Shown: positions 1 through 9,499, counted from the first letter of the stretch. The stretch: DNA of 64,000 nucleotides from Chthoniobacterales bacterium (GCA_038207335.1 JBBQZX010000007.1:96001-160000), one strand, 5' to 3'. Numbers and translations are program-made. Notes: generated by a model not told the origin, from the letters alone.

Positions 1-1418
1 ATCGTGATACCGTACGAGCTGTTCCCCGAGATTACGTTGCGATCCGCTGGCGCGCTGCCGCCGATCGTGTTGCCGTGCGCGCCGCCGCTCACATCGATTC
101 CGGAAAATGTATTCGCCACCGCCGAAGTGCCCGCCGCATCCGTCCCGATGAAGCACCCGCCCACGATATTTCCCGTCGCCGCCGGGCCGCTGATTGAAAT
201 GCCAAATTGATTGAAAGCGTTGATCGCGAAACCTCTCACCGTGCAACTCGCCGCCCGCAGAACGAGGCCGTGCGAGTAGTTCGGTGCGACGATTTTCACC
301 CCGCTCAAAATCACGCGCGGCAGGCTCGCCATGCCCGGCTGCGTCGTCGCGTCAATCGTCGTGCGGTCGCCCGGCGAGTAGGTCTGGGATGCGGGCTGCA
401 TCGTCCATCGCCCGCTGGCGAATCCGAGATCGCTTGTCGGGATATTGAAAGTGACGGTTGTCGTCGCTGCGGGGAAATCGATCACGCGGTCGAACGCATA
501 TTCCAGCGCAGTGCGCAGGCTGCCCGCGCCGCTTTCGCTCGTGTTCGTCACCACCGTTCCGGGTGAGATCGTGGGCACGCCATACATCAGCGCCATGCCT
601 GCGCGGTCGAGCTTGCTGAGCGTACGGTCGGTCTCGCGTCCGATGATGTTCAAAAACGCGGTGTAAAGCGCGGTCGGCTCGATCGTGTCGCGCGCGGGGT
701 CGTTGATCGCGGGATTCGGCGGCGGGCTCGTGTTCGTCGAAAGCGCGTTTCGCTCGTAGTGCATGACGGAGTAAAAATCGTAGCCACCCCGGTTCACCGA
801 ATTCGTCAATTTCGTGAAATTTCCCGCCTGCCCTGTGGCGATATTTCCCGTGAGGATCGTGACGAACGTGTCTCGGTCGGTGCGCTGTTGCTCGTGCTGT
901 AATCCGAGTGCGTGGCCGGTTTCGTGGCAAAGCGTGCCGTGGTTCCAGCTATTCGAGCCGATGTTGAGTTGCTGCGCGCCGCCGATCATTCCGACCGCGG
1001 AATTACCTCCACCGAGCGACGCCCCGCCGTCGTTCACCATCACATAATTCGCCTGCGAGACACGCGCGATGAAATGCACATTTGCCCACGTCTCCCAATC
1101 CGCCGCGGCGGTGATAAACACCTCGCGATGCTCCGGCGTCACGTTCCCATTGAAGGCGTAATAAATATTGCCTCCCGTCCACAGTAAGACACCCGCATCC
1201 GTCGCGGAATTTGGCGTGACCGTTCTGCCCGAGAGCCGGTCGCCCATCGCGCGGAGTGTCTTCGCGCGGAAAAACATGTCGCCGAGCGGCACGACCTCTT
1301 CCGGAGAAACCACACCCGCCAGCGCCGCTTCGATCACCGCGACATCCCACGAGTCTTTCGCGCGCAGCGAACCCAGAAATGCGACGAAAACCCATGCGCC
1401 GAAAAGCCACGTTTTCAT
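1..1418 (-). CDS. Secreted astacin-family (M12A) zinc metalloprotease with C-terminal parallel beta-helix repeats; runs off the window start
   Basis: Absent from the ORF track; translated by hand from the ATG at 1418. Signal peptide MKTWLFGAWVFVAFLGSLRA, metzincin motif HETGHALGLQH, Met-turn SVMHY, then VTNTSESGAGSLRTAL and GNTIGG..RNVISGN beta-helix repeats. Confidence 0.88.
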   Translation of the reverse strand, partial: MKTWLFGAWVFVAFLGSLRAKDSWDVAVIEAALAGVVSPEEVVPLGDMFFRAKTLRAMGDRLSGRTVTPNSATDAGVLLWTGGNIYYAFNGNVTPEHREVFITAAADWETWANVHFIARVSQANYVMVNDGGASLGGGNSAVGMIGGAQQLNIGSNSWNHGTLCHETGHALGLQHEQQRTDRDTFVTILTGNIATGQAGNFTKLTNSVNRGGYDFYSVMHYERNALSTNTSPPPNPAINDPARDTIEPTALYTAFLNIIGRETDRTLSKLDRAGMALMYGVPTISPGTVVTNTSESGAGSLRTALEYAFDRVIDFPAATTTVTFNIPTSDLGFASGRWTMQPASQTYSPGDRTTIDATTQPGMASLPRVILSGVKIVAPNYSHGLVLRAASCTVRGFAINAFNQFGISISGPAATGNIVGGCFIGTDAAGTSAVANTFSGIDVSGGAHGNTIGGSAPADRNVISGNSSYGIT

Positions 1419-1518
1419 GCCCCCATGGTGGCCCCATTTTCACCCGAAAAAAGCGGAATCTACGCGGCCCCTTTTCGACTTGCGCAAGCCGGTGCCTTAA
1501 TCCGATTCGGGCGTTGCT

Positions 1519-1956
1519 TCAAAGCCGAACCGGCGGAAACCAGACGTAGAGCATGAGATAGACGAGGACACCGGTGATGGAGACGTAGAGCCAGACCGGC
1601 ACGGTGATTTTCGCAATGCGGCGGTGGCGGTCGTAGCGGGCGCGCAGGGCCGGGATGACGGTCATCAGGACGAGCGGGACGGTGAGGCCGGCGAGCGGGA
1701 TGTGGGTGACGAGGATGAAGTAATAGACGCTCCGCGGCCAGCCGGGGTGTGTGAAGCGCGTAACGATGCCGTGCGAAAGCCAGTGGTAGGTGAGGTAGCT
1801 CGCGAGGAACGCCGTGGAGGTGACGAGGGCGCAGGTCATCAGGGTGATGTGCAGGCCCTTGCGGTCGGACTTGATCGCGGCGAGGCCGGCGCAGATGAAG
1901 AGGAAGCTCGTGCCGTTGAGGGTGGCGTTGAGCAGCGGGAGGTCGTGAACGGTCAC
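1519..1956 (-). CDS. DUF420 family membrane protein (CtaM/YozB-like oxidase assembly factor)
   Basis: LPLLNATLNG, FLASYLTYH, YYFILVTHIPLA, HRRIAKITVPVWLYVSITGVLVYLMLY motifs; last gene of the cox cluster. Confidence 0.9.
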   Translation of the reverse strand: MTVHDLPLLNATLNGTSFLFICAGLAAIKSDRKGLHITLMTCALVTSTAFLASYLTYHWLSHGIVTRFTHPGWPRSVYYFILVTHIPLAGLTVPLVLMTVIPALRARYDRHRRIAKITVPVWLYVSITGVLVYLMLYVWFPPVRL

Positions 1957-2609
1957 CTGCTCTCCTTTCGCAGGCGCTCGAGGTCGGTGAGAAGATGGGC
2001 GCTGCCCTCAGCCGTGAGGGCGTCGTAAAAGCCGCGCACGTATCCGTTTTTATCGACGAGCACGAGCTTCGTGCTGTGCGTGACGGGCTCCTTCACGGTG
2101 CCGCCTTCGTCGCTGACTCCGAGCTTGAAGCCCTTGTTCGCAAATTCGTAGATCGCTGATTTGTCGCCGGTCAGGAAGAACCAGCCGTCGCCTGCGTGGA
2201 ATTTCGCGGCGTATTCTTTGAGGACTTCGGGCGTGTCGCGCCCGGGATCAGCGGAGATGGAGACGAGAGCGACATCGGGCATCGACGCGGTAACTTTTTG
2301 CAAATCCCCGAGGCGGCTCGTCATCATCGGGCACGGGCCAGGGCAGCTTGTGTAGAAGAAATCGGCGACCCAGATTTTGCCACGCAGGTCGGATTGCGTG
2401 ATGGTTTTACCGCTGCGCTCGGTGAATGAGAAAGCGGGCAGAAGCCAGTGGCGCGGGAGTTCACCGGCCGGCGCGGGAGCGTCGAGCATCTCGAAGGCGT
2501 CGTCCTTTTTCCCGCACGCCGCGAGGAGGACGGAGAGGAGAAGCATGGGCAGCAGGACGTGTTTAATCTTCGACAATCCAGCGAGTAAAGGTGGAATCCG
2601 TTTGCTCAT
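1953..2609 (-). CDS. sco: SCO1/SenC copper chaperone (lipoprotein)
   Basis: Lipobox LAAC; FFYTSCPGPCP CxxxC motif; DPGRDTPEVL; conserved His in VTHS. Confidence 0.93.
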   Translation of the reverse strand: MSKRIPPLLAGLSKIKHVLLPMLLLSVLLAACGKKDDAFEMLDAPAPAGELPRHWLLPAFSFTERSGKTITQSDLRGKIWVADFFYTSCPGPCPMMTSRLGDLQKVTASMPDVALVSISADPGRDTPEVLKEYAAKFHAGDGWFFLTGDKSAIYEFANKGFKLGVSDEGGTVKEPVTHSTKLVLVDKNGYVRGFYDALTAEGSAHLLTDLERLRKESR

Positions 2610-3526
2610 CGTTTTGTGAAGACCATGAGGCCGAGGATGAGCGGGAGGTAGAGGATCGATGCGAAGAAAAGGCGGCGGGCGACGGGGCGCGTGCGGTCGA
2701 GGAAAAAGTGCGCGGCGAGAGCGAAGAGCACGCCATTCAGGAGCAGCGCGCCGGCCAGGTAGAGGGTGTTATTCTGACCCGAAAAATAGGGGACGAGACA
2801 GATGCCCGAGAGCGCCGCCGCGAAGACGAGGCTGGTGAGCGCGGTCATCGCTCCGCTGGCATCGTCGCGTTTCAGCATGATGAAGCCGGCCTGCGCGTAT
2901 TCGTCGCGATACATCCAGGCGATGGCGAGGAAGTGCGGCATTTGCCAGGTGAAAAGGACGCCGAAAAGCACCCACGCGCCGAGGCCGACGGTCGGGCTTG
3001 CACCCTGTGCGGCGGTCCAACCAATGACCGGCGGGATGCCGCCGGAAACCGCGCCGACGATCGTGCAAAGCGCGGTGCGGCGCTTCAGCGGCGTGTAAAG
3101 GAAGAGGTAGATCGCGACGGTCGCGGCGGCGAGCGCGGCGCTGAGCGGGTTGGTCGCGAGCCAGAGCCACGCGACGCCGGTTGCCGCAAGCGCGATTCCG
3201 AGGAGGAGCGCGGTGCCGGATTTCATTCGGCCGGCGGGGAGCGGGCGCGATTTTGTCCGCTCCATGAGGCGATCGACGGGGCTCTCGATCCATTGGTTCA
3301 GCACGGCGGCGGCGGCGGCGGCGAGCGCGGTGCCGAGCGTGGCGCTGATGAGGCGCAGCCAGTCGAGCTGCGGCCCGCTGGCCATGCAAAAGCCGATGAA
3401 GGTTGTGATGATGACTAGCAGGCTGAGTCGCGCCTTCGTGAGCGTGAGCAGGTCGCTGACGAGGCCGATTTCGGGCGTCTCGGCCAAGTCGTCGAGCGCG
3501 AGGATGTCGTCGGTGGCGCGGCTCAT
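2606..3526 (-). CDS. ctaB: Protoheme IX farnesyltransferase (heme O synthase)
   Basis: LTKARL, NQWIE..DRLMERTKSRPLPAGR, YTPLKR, WQMPHF, YRDEY motifs. Start moved to the ATG at 3526, which overlaps the ctaA stop. Confidence 0.95.
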   Translation of the reverse strand: MSRATDDILALDDLAETPEIGLVSDLLTLTKARLSLLVIITTFIGFCMASGPQLDWLRLISATLGTALAAAAAAVLNQWIESPVDRLMERTKSRPLPAGRMKSGTALLLGIALAATGVAWLWLATNPLSAALAAATVAIYLFLYTPLKRRTALCTIVGAVSGGIPPVIGWTAAQGASPTVGLGAWVLFGVLFTWQMPHFLAIAWMYRDEYAQAGFIMLKRDDASGAMTALTSLVFAAALSGICLVPYFSGQNNTLYLAGALLLNGVLFALAAHFFLDRTRPVARRLFFASILYLPLILGLMVFTKR

Positions 3527-4764
3527 GCGCGAGCCTCCTCGAGCGCGGCAGCGGGCGCAAACTGCGTGGTGGAAAGTGCGCGCGTCCATGTCGCGCGGAC
3601 GGCGAGGAGGACCGTGGTGGCGACGAGCGCCGCGCCATTCAAGACGTGCGCGGTGCGGATGAGGAGGACGGCGACCTCGTGCGGCACGCGCTGGCCGGTG
3701 AGCGTAGCAGCGACGCCCGCGACTGCGGTGGCAAATTGCGCGCCGTCAGGATTCGAGCCGGACCACGCCCAGATGGTCATGACGCCGAGCGTGACTTGCA
3801 GCGCGAGCAGCCCGAGGAGCAGGACGGCAGGCACGATGATGCGGCTCTCCCCGCTCGCTCCGCGGAGCGAGCGGATGGCTGCGGCGACCACGAAAATGGT
3901 GACGAGCAGCGCCCCGAAACGGGTGTGTGTGAAATTGAGATCGACCGGCGCACTGTGCGCGTGCGGCATGAATCCGCCGTCGGGATTCGCAGTCGGGAAT
4001 GTCTGGATCGCGAGCCCCGCGCCCATGTGCCGCATGGTGGCACCGACGAGGAGTTGGAGAAAAATCACGCCGACTGCAATCCATGCGAGCCGCGCGATTT
4101 TCGGAAATGCCGGCGACCAGCGTATGCGCGGCCAGGCGGGCGAAAGCATGGCAGCGAGAGCGACAAGGAGGGCGAGTTCGAGCTGCGCGAAGCAGCCGTG
4201 GAAGATGCGGAATGCGACCGCGAGCTGCGGATCGCCGCCGCTCTCGATCGTGACGCGGAGCCCGCCCGCGACCGCCTGCGCGAGGACTCCCAGAAATGCC
4301 GCAAACGCCAGCCACCGCACGGCTGCCGGATGCCCGTCAGCGCGCTTTTTCCCGAAAAACAGCGCCACGGCAAATGTGAGCGCCGCGCTCCAGAGTCCGA
4401 TGTGCGCGACGATGGGGCCGGTTACGCCAGTGACTTTCGCGATCCCGGCGAGCACGATCGAGACGCCCGCTGACAGCGGTAACGCCCACTGGCGTTGCCA
4501 GACCCACGCGCACAAAATGCCGACGAGGAGGCCGACGGTTTCCGCCGTGAGCCGGTGCCCGTGCTCCAGCCGCTCGAAGAGATTCGCCCACCAGCCGCTC
4601 GGATTCAACGACCCGTGGCTCAGTGGCCAGTCAGGAAAGGCCATCCCCGCGCCGGAGGTCGTCGTGTGACCGCCGATGAAGATGAGCACGAAGGTCGCCG
4701 CGACGACGAGCTTTGCGAAGCGCGCCAGCCAGAGGTGCGGAAAAGTGTGGCCGGTGTCGTTCAC
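3523..4764 (-). CDS. ctaA: Heme A synthase (COX15/CtaA)
   Basis: LIFIGG..TTSGAGMAFPDWP, EHGHRL, FHGCFAQ, NFTHTR, AHVLNG motifs; multiple TM helices. Confidence 0.92.
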   Translation of the reverse strand: MNDTGHTFPHLWLARFAKLVVAATFVLIFIGGHTTTSGAGMAFPDWPLSHGSLNPSGWWANLFERLEHGHRLTAETVGLLVGILCAWVWQRQWALPLSAGVSIVLAGIAKVTGVTGPIVAHIGLWSAALTFAVALFFGKKRADGHPAAVRWLAFAAFLGVLAQAVAGGLRVTIESGGDPQLAVAFRIFHGCFAQLELALLVALAAMLSPAWPRIRWSPAFPKIARLAWIAVGVIFLQLLVGATMRHMGAGLAIQTFPTANPDGGFMPHAHSAPVDLNFTHTRFGALLVTIFVVAAAIRSLRGASGESRIIVPAVLLLGLLALQVTLGVMTIWAWSGSNPDGAQFATAVAGVAATLTGQRVPHEVAVLLIRTAHVLNGAALVATTVLLAVRATWTRALSTTQFAPAAALEEARA

Positions 4765-4818
4765 GAGAGAGTCTTCTTGGCCCCGCGAAAGCAGCGCGGG
4801 TGTGCGGCCTTGCGCCGC

Positions 4819-5703
4819 TTAGTTCGGCGAGCCCGTGGATGTCCGCACGGGCGGAGCATCGGGCGTCGGCGGAGCGGAGACTGCCTTCTCGCCGGAGGGC
4901 GCTGGCTGTGCGGCGCCAGGAGCGGGTGCTGGAACGACAGGCGTGGGGGCGTCGGGGTGCTGGAGTTTCGCGAGTTCCTGATACCACGAGTCCCAGTCAC
5001 TCTGCGGCTCGACGGCCATCGTGGCGCGCATGGCGTAATGACCCGCGCCGCAAAGCTGCGCGCAGACGATCTCGAAATTGCCCGTCTTGATCGGGCGGAA
5101 CCAAACCGGCACACGCGATCCCGGAATCGCATCCTGCGTGATGCGCATGTTGTGCAGCGAAAGACTGTGGATCACGTCCTTTGAGGTAATCTCGATGACA
5201 GTCGGCTTGTAATTGATGAGGTGCAGTTCGTTTTTTGAAACCACGTCGTCCTTGCCTGCAGGGTCGTTCGGATCGAGGCCGAGCGGATTGTTCGCATCCA
5301 CGAGGTGCGCGTTCTGCCGTCCGAAGATGCCGTCAGGGCCGGGGTAGTGAAAATTCCACGCGAATTGCTCGCCGACAGCGTGGACACGCAGAGCCTGCGC
5401 TTTATCGGGGAAGGAATCCTCAGTCACGCGCTTGCCCCACAGCGGGAGGCCGAAGCCGAGCAGCAGCACCGCCTCAACGAGAACGACTGTGAACTCGAGA
5501 TGCGTGGAAACCTTGCTTTTAACACCGTGATAATTGGCGCGCGGATTCCGCGACCGATGGAAACGGTAGATCGTGTAGAGGAAAAAGATGAACCAGCCGA
5601 TGAACAGGAGGAGCATGAACCAATGGCAGAACTCGAGCATGTGATCGATCGAGTAGCCGTGTTCGGAAGCGTCGGGGACGATCCCCATCCATTTGTTGAG
5701 CAT
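4819..5703 (-). CDS. ctaC: Cytochrome c oxidase subunit II (CuA), no fused heme-c domain
   Basis: Two TM helices, QFAWNFHY, SKDVIHS, DAIPG, CAQLCGAGHYAM CuA motif; Pro/Ala tail; no CxxCH. Confidence 0.95.
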   Translation of the reverse strand: MLNKWMGIVPDASEHGYSIDHMLEFCHWFMLLLFIGWFIFFLYTIYRFHRSRNPRANYHGVKSKVSTHLEFTVVLVEAVLLLGFGLPLWGKRVTEDSFPDKAQALRVHAVGEQFAWNFHYPGPDGIFGRQNAHLVDANNPLGLDPNDPAGKDDVVSKNELHLINYKPTVIEITSKDVIHSLSLHNMRITQDAIPGSRVPVWFRPIKTGNFEIVCAQLCGAGHYAMRATMAVEPQSDWDSWYQELAKLQHPDAPTPVVPAPAPGAAQPAPSGEKAVSAPPTPDAPPVRTSTGSPN

Positions 5704-5709
5704 GTGAGT

Positions 5710-5997
5710 TTAGTCGTTGTCTGCACCGTCGTCCTTGGACGAGTCGTCTGCGATGTCGAATTGCGGAGGCATGGGTGTATTCGCGCGCCTCGCGAGGGTG
5801 ACGCCGAACGCGCAGAGCAGCGCGAGGACTCCACCGATCATTCCCAGCATGAGAAAGATTGAAGCGTTCAGCGCGCCTGCGGCTTTGGAATTTGGGTCGC
5901 CCATGCACACGGCGCAGGCGGAGGCGGAGAGAGGATTGGCGAGCAGCGCGAATGTCAGCGCGACTCCGAGCGATCGGATCGAGGTGAAAGTGCTCAT
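5710..5997 (-). CDS. Small exported membrane protein with N-terminal CxxC (ASA-CAVCMGD)
   Basis: ATG at 5997 overlaps the upstream stop; signal peptide, CAVC, one TM helix, acidic tail. Confidence 0.75.
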   Translation of the reverse strand: MSTFTSIRSLGVALTFALLANPLSASACAVCMGDPNSKAAGALNASIFLMLGMIGGVLALLCAFGVTLARRANTPMPPQFDIADDSSKDDGADND

Positions 5998-6179
5998 GTG
6001 ATGATGTGGCGCGATTTTTTCAGAAACCAGACACCGTAAGCGACGAGACCGACCGCCACCACGACCGATCCTACGCCGAAATAAAGCTCCACTCCATTCA
6101 CAAATGCCCATGCAGCGCACCCTGACGCCAAGAGGATCGCCAGCAGGATGAACAGGATGTGAAAGGCTTTGAGCGACAT
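5994..6179 (-). CDS. Small two-TM membrane protein in the cox operon
   Basis: 61-aa hydrophobic ORF (MSLKAFHILFI...) abutting ctaF and overlapping the next gene by ATGA. Confidence 0.75.
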   Translation of the reverse strand: MSLKAFHILFILLAILLASGCAAWAFVNGVELYFGVGSVVVAVGLVAYGVWFLKKSRHIIT

Positions 6180-6551
6180 TTAGTGAGTGTTGTGCGACGT
6201 GCCGAAAATCGGATCCGTCCAAGCCAGCAACGTCAGCAAAAAGAGACCGCAGACGAAGAATGCGGTGAAGTAGAGGAAGCGAGTGATGGTCGGCTTCTCG
6301 CCTTTCAAGTGCATGAAAATCGCACCGACCAAGCTGACCTTGAACGCAGCAACGAGCAGCGCAATGACGATGTTCCGCGAGCGGGACCCGAAGTCGATGT
6401 AGGACAAAAAGACCGTGAAACCGGTGAGGGCGATGAGCGCCGCGCCGATGCCCCAATAGAGCTTCAGGTGCATGTCGTGGTGCCCATGCTCGTCGGCGTG
6501 TGCGGGTGCGTGATTGGTGGGAGTTACTGCGGGGCTGTGCGAGTCGCTCAT
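6180..6551 (-). CDS. ctaF: Cytochrome c oxidase subunit IV
   Basis: His-rich N-terminus; three TM helices with LIALTGFTV and AAFKVSLVGAIFMHLKGE. Start set at the ATG at 6551. Confidence 0.9.
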   Translation of the reverse strand: MSDSHSPAVTPTNHAPAHADEHGHHDMHLKLYWGIGAALIALTGFTVFLSYIDFGSRSRNIVIALLVAAFKVSLVGAIFMHLKGEKPTITRFLYFTAFFVCGLFLLTLLAWTDPIFGTSHNTH

Positions 6552-6561
6552 GTCGGTAGGA

Positions 6562-7539
6562 TCAAAGGAGGTAGAAGAGCGGGAAGACGAAAATCCAGAC
6601 GAGATCGACGAAGTGCCAGAAAAGACCGACGACTTCGACACGATTGGCGAGGTGCTCAGGGTTGGTCTTGTAGAGCTTCGCGCCAGGTCCCCAGAAATAA
6701 AGGAATACCAGCACGCCCGCCAAGACGTGCGCACCGTGCAAGCCGGTGATCGTGAAATAGACCGCGAAGTAGGAACTGTGCCGGGGGATGAACATGCTGG
6801 GACTCGAGATTTCCAAGTCTTCCGCGTGGATGACCGCGGTCTTCATCGACAGCTTCTTCGGCCAGAAATGCGGACGTTCGTTGTCTTCACTGGTCGGCTC
6901 GGCGTTCACCTCATCAAGCTGGATCACGTAGTCGGTGGGATCATCCGTGCGGATGATCGGCGCGAGACCTTCTGCCGAGTGTTCACCCTCAGCATGCAGT
7001 TCGTGCTCGAAATGTTCGGCGTTCTTCTCTGCCACCTCTGCGTAGTGGGAACCCTTCGGAGCATCGAGCAGGTGACCAGTGATCTCGTAGCGCGGATCGA
7101 GGTTGTGCTCCTTGAGGAAGGCGTTGCCGAGATAAGGCTCATACTTCTCCAGTGACTCTTTTTTGATGAAGACGCCGAAGTGATTGAACTTCTGCGGATA
7201 CTCATACGCCAGCTTCACCACAAGGAAGAGGATGCCACACAAGATCGTGATGGCCATGTAGAACTTGTATTGCGCGAACTTTCGCATCTTCAGCGCAGCC
7301 CAAGACAACACTACCGTGACCGATGACAGGATGAGCACCGCGGTGTTGAATGTGCCAACTGGAACATTCAGCAAGCCGTGCGGCCAGTATCCCGGTTCAG
7401 CGCCAAGGCGGAGAAAGATGTAGCCCGAGAAAAGCCCGCCGAAGAGCATGACTTCCGATGCCAGAAAGAGCCAGATGCCCAGCTTGGCATTGTAGAGCCC
7501 CGTGTCCGGGCGCGCCGTTACTTCATGTGGAATTTGCAT
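6562..7539 (-). CDS. ctaE: Cytochrome c oxidase subunit III with a large soluble insertion
   Basis: KLGIWLFLASEVMLFGGLF, NTAVLILSS, YFTITGLHGAHV, GLFWHFVDLVWIFVFPLFY motifs. Confidence 0.95.
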   Translation of the reverse strand: MQIPHEVTARPDTGLYNAKLGIWLFLASEVMLFGGLFSGYIFLRLGAEPGYWPHGLLNVPVGTFNTAVLILSSVTVVLSWAALKMRKFAQYKFYMAITILCGILFLVVKLAYEYPQKFNHFGVFIKKESLEKYEPYLGNAFLKEHNLDPRYEITGHLLDAPKGSHYAEVAEKNAEHFEHELHAEGEHSAEGLAPIIRTDDPTDYVIQLDEVNAEPTSEDNERPHFWPKKLSMKTAVIHAEDLEISSPSMFIPRHSSYFAVYFTITGLHGAHVLAGVLVFLYFWGPGAKLYKTNPEHLANRVEVVGLFWHFVDLVWIFVFPLFYLL

Positions 7540-7542
7540 GTC

Positions 7543-9471
7543 TTAGTGTGCCTGAGCTGGAACCGGAACGGCGGAAGCGACGACTTTGACTCCAACCGGC
7601 TCAGTCTGAGGCGTGAAGTCTTTGTCTGCCCCAGGGACGCTGTATTCGTAAGGACCGCGATAGACGGTGATTTCGGTATCGAAGTTCCCATGTCCGGGAG
7701 GCGACGGCGCATCCCATTCGACGGTCGTCGCATCCCACGGATTCCGGCCGACTTTCTTTCCGTTAAACATGCTCCAGAAGAAATTGAAGATGAACGGGAG
7801 TTGGAACGCGGCGAGGCAGAACGCCGAGGTGCTCATGAATTTATTCCAGTGCAAGACGGGGCCCGCGAACTGATAAGTCAAGTGCTCCAAATCCGCGCCA
7901 CCGCCATCGTACCAGCGGCGATGCACACCCGCCATGCCTTGTAGGAACATGGGGAAGAAGAGGCCATTGATGAAAACCAAGGAACCCCAGAAGTGAATGC
8001 GGCCAAGGAAGTCATTCAACTGGCGACCGGTCGCTTTTGGGAACCAATAATAGACGCCGGCGAAAATAGCGAAAATCGTTCCCGGCGCGACGATGTAATG
8101 GAAGTGCCCGATGATGTAGTAGGTGTCGTGCAGGTAGAGATCGACGGCATTGAAGGCCAGCGGGATGCCCGTAAGACCGCCGATGCCGAACATTGGCATG
8201 AAGGCAGTGGCGAACATCATCGGCATGGTGAATCGGATCGACCCGCCCCACAGCGATAGCATGAGTGCGGTGATCAGGATGACCGATGGGATGGAGATGA
8301 GGATGGTCGTGACTTGGAAGAAGCCCGCGACCGTGGCGCCCATCCCAGTCATATACATGTGATGCGCCCAGACGATGAACGAGAGGAAGGCGAGGACGAA
8401 GATCGCGCCGACCATCGCTTTGTATCCGTAGAGCGGCTTGCGCGTGTTATTTGCCACGACCTCCGCGATTATGCCGATGCCGGGCAGGATGAGGACATAG
8501 ACCTCCGGGTGAGCCAAGAACCAGAACAAGTGCTGCCAGAGCAACGGACTGCCGCCGCCGGACCAGTCGGTGAGCCTTTGCCCCACGATCAAGCCCGTCG
8601 GCATGAAGAAGCTCGTGCCGAAGACGCGATCCATGAACTGGAAGATGCCCGCGGCCTCGAGCGGAGGGAACGCGAGAAGCAGGAGGAAGGCGGTGATGAA
8701 TTGCGCCCAGACGAAGAACGGGAGGCGCATCCAAGTCATGCCCGGCGCGCGTAATTGGATGATGGTCGCGATGAAGTTCACGGAGCCCAGTAGGGAGGCC
8801 GTGATGTTGAAAATCATGCCGGTGAGCCAAAGGGTTTGGCCGTTGAAAAAGTGGTGGTGGCCAATGCCCATGTCCGCGATGCCTGCGAGCGGCGGGTAGG
8901 CCGTCCAGCCCGATTTTGCGGCACCGCCGGGGACGAGGAAACTGACGAGCATGAAGATACAACTGATGAAGAAGCACCAGTAGCTCGCCATGTTGATGCG
9001 CGGAAAGGTCATGTCGGGCGCGCCGATTTGCAGCGGGACGACGAAGTTTCCAAAAGCGGCGAAGGCAATCGGCACGATGCCGAAGAAGACCATGATGGTG
9101 CCGTGCATCGCACCCATCGTGTTGTAGCCGTCGGGCGATAGGACTCCGGCAGGAAATTGGTCGCTGATGGCGCGCAGCCAGAACCAGCCGTCGAATTGCC
9201 CCGCGACGACTGGATGGGTCACGAGGAAGTTTTGCGCAGCGATGAAGGCGTGGCCGATGACTGGCACCGCGGTGCCAGGATGCGCGAGCTGCCACCGCAT
9301 GATGAGCATGAGGCAGAAGCCGAAGAACAGGAACGCGAGGCCGGTCAGGCCATACTGGATGCCGATCGTTTTGTGATCGGTGGAGAAGATGTATTTCCGC
9401 CAATAGCTGAGCTCGTGATGATGGTCGTCGTGATGCGCGGCGTGCGGATCGGCGTGTGTGTGAATTTCCAT
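7543..9471 (-). CDS. ctaD: Cytochrome c oxidase subunit I, type A1 (aa3)
   Basis: STDHKTIG, MHGTIMVFF, PDMTFPRIN, HPEVY, WAHHM, LHDTYYIIGHFHY, RR; all six His ligands present. Confidence 0.97.
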   Translation of the reverse strand: MEIHTHADPHAAHHDDHHHELSYWRKYIFSTDHKTIGIQYGLTGLAFLFFGFCLMLIMRWQLAHPGTAVPVIGHAFIAAQNFLVTHPVVAGQFDGWFWLRAISDQFPAGVLSPDGYNTMGAMHGTIMVFFGIVPIAFAAFGNFVVPLQIGAPDMTFPRINMASYWCFFISCIFMLVSFLVPGGAAKSGWTAYPPLAGIADMGIGHHHFFNGQTLWLTGMIFNITASLLGSVNFIATIIQLRAPGMTWMRLPFFVWAQFITAFLLLLAFPPLEAAGIFQFMDRVFGTSFFMPTGLIVGQRLTDWSGGGSPLLWQHLFWFLAHPEVYVLILPGIGIIAEVVANNTRKPLYGYKAMVGAIFVLAFLSFIVWAHHMYMTGMGATVAGFFQVTTILISIPSVILITALMLSLWGGSIRFTMPMMFATAFMPMFGIGGLTGIPLAFNAVDLYLHDTYYIIGHFHYIVAPGTIFAIFAGVYYWFPKATGRQLNDFLGRIHFWGSLVFINGLFFPMFLQGMAGVHRRWYDGGGADLEHLTYQFAGPVLHWNKFMSTSAFCLAAFQLPFIFNFFWSMFNGKKVGRNPWDATTVEWDAPSPPGHGNFDTEITVYRGPYEYSVPGADKDFTPQTEPVGVKVVASAVPVPAQAH

Positions 9472-9499
9472 GCGGCGGTGAGATTTTAAACGGGGCGAG

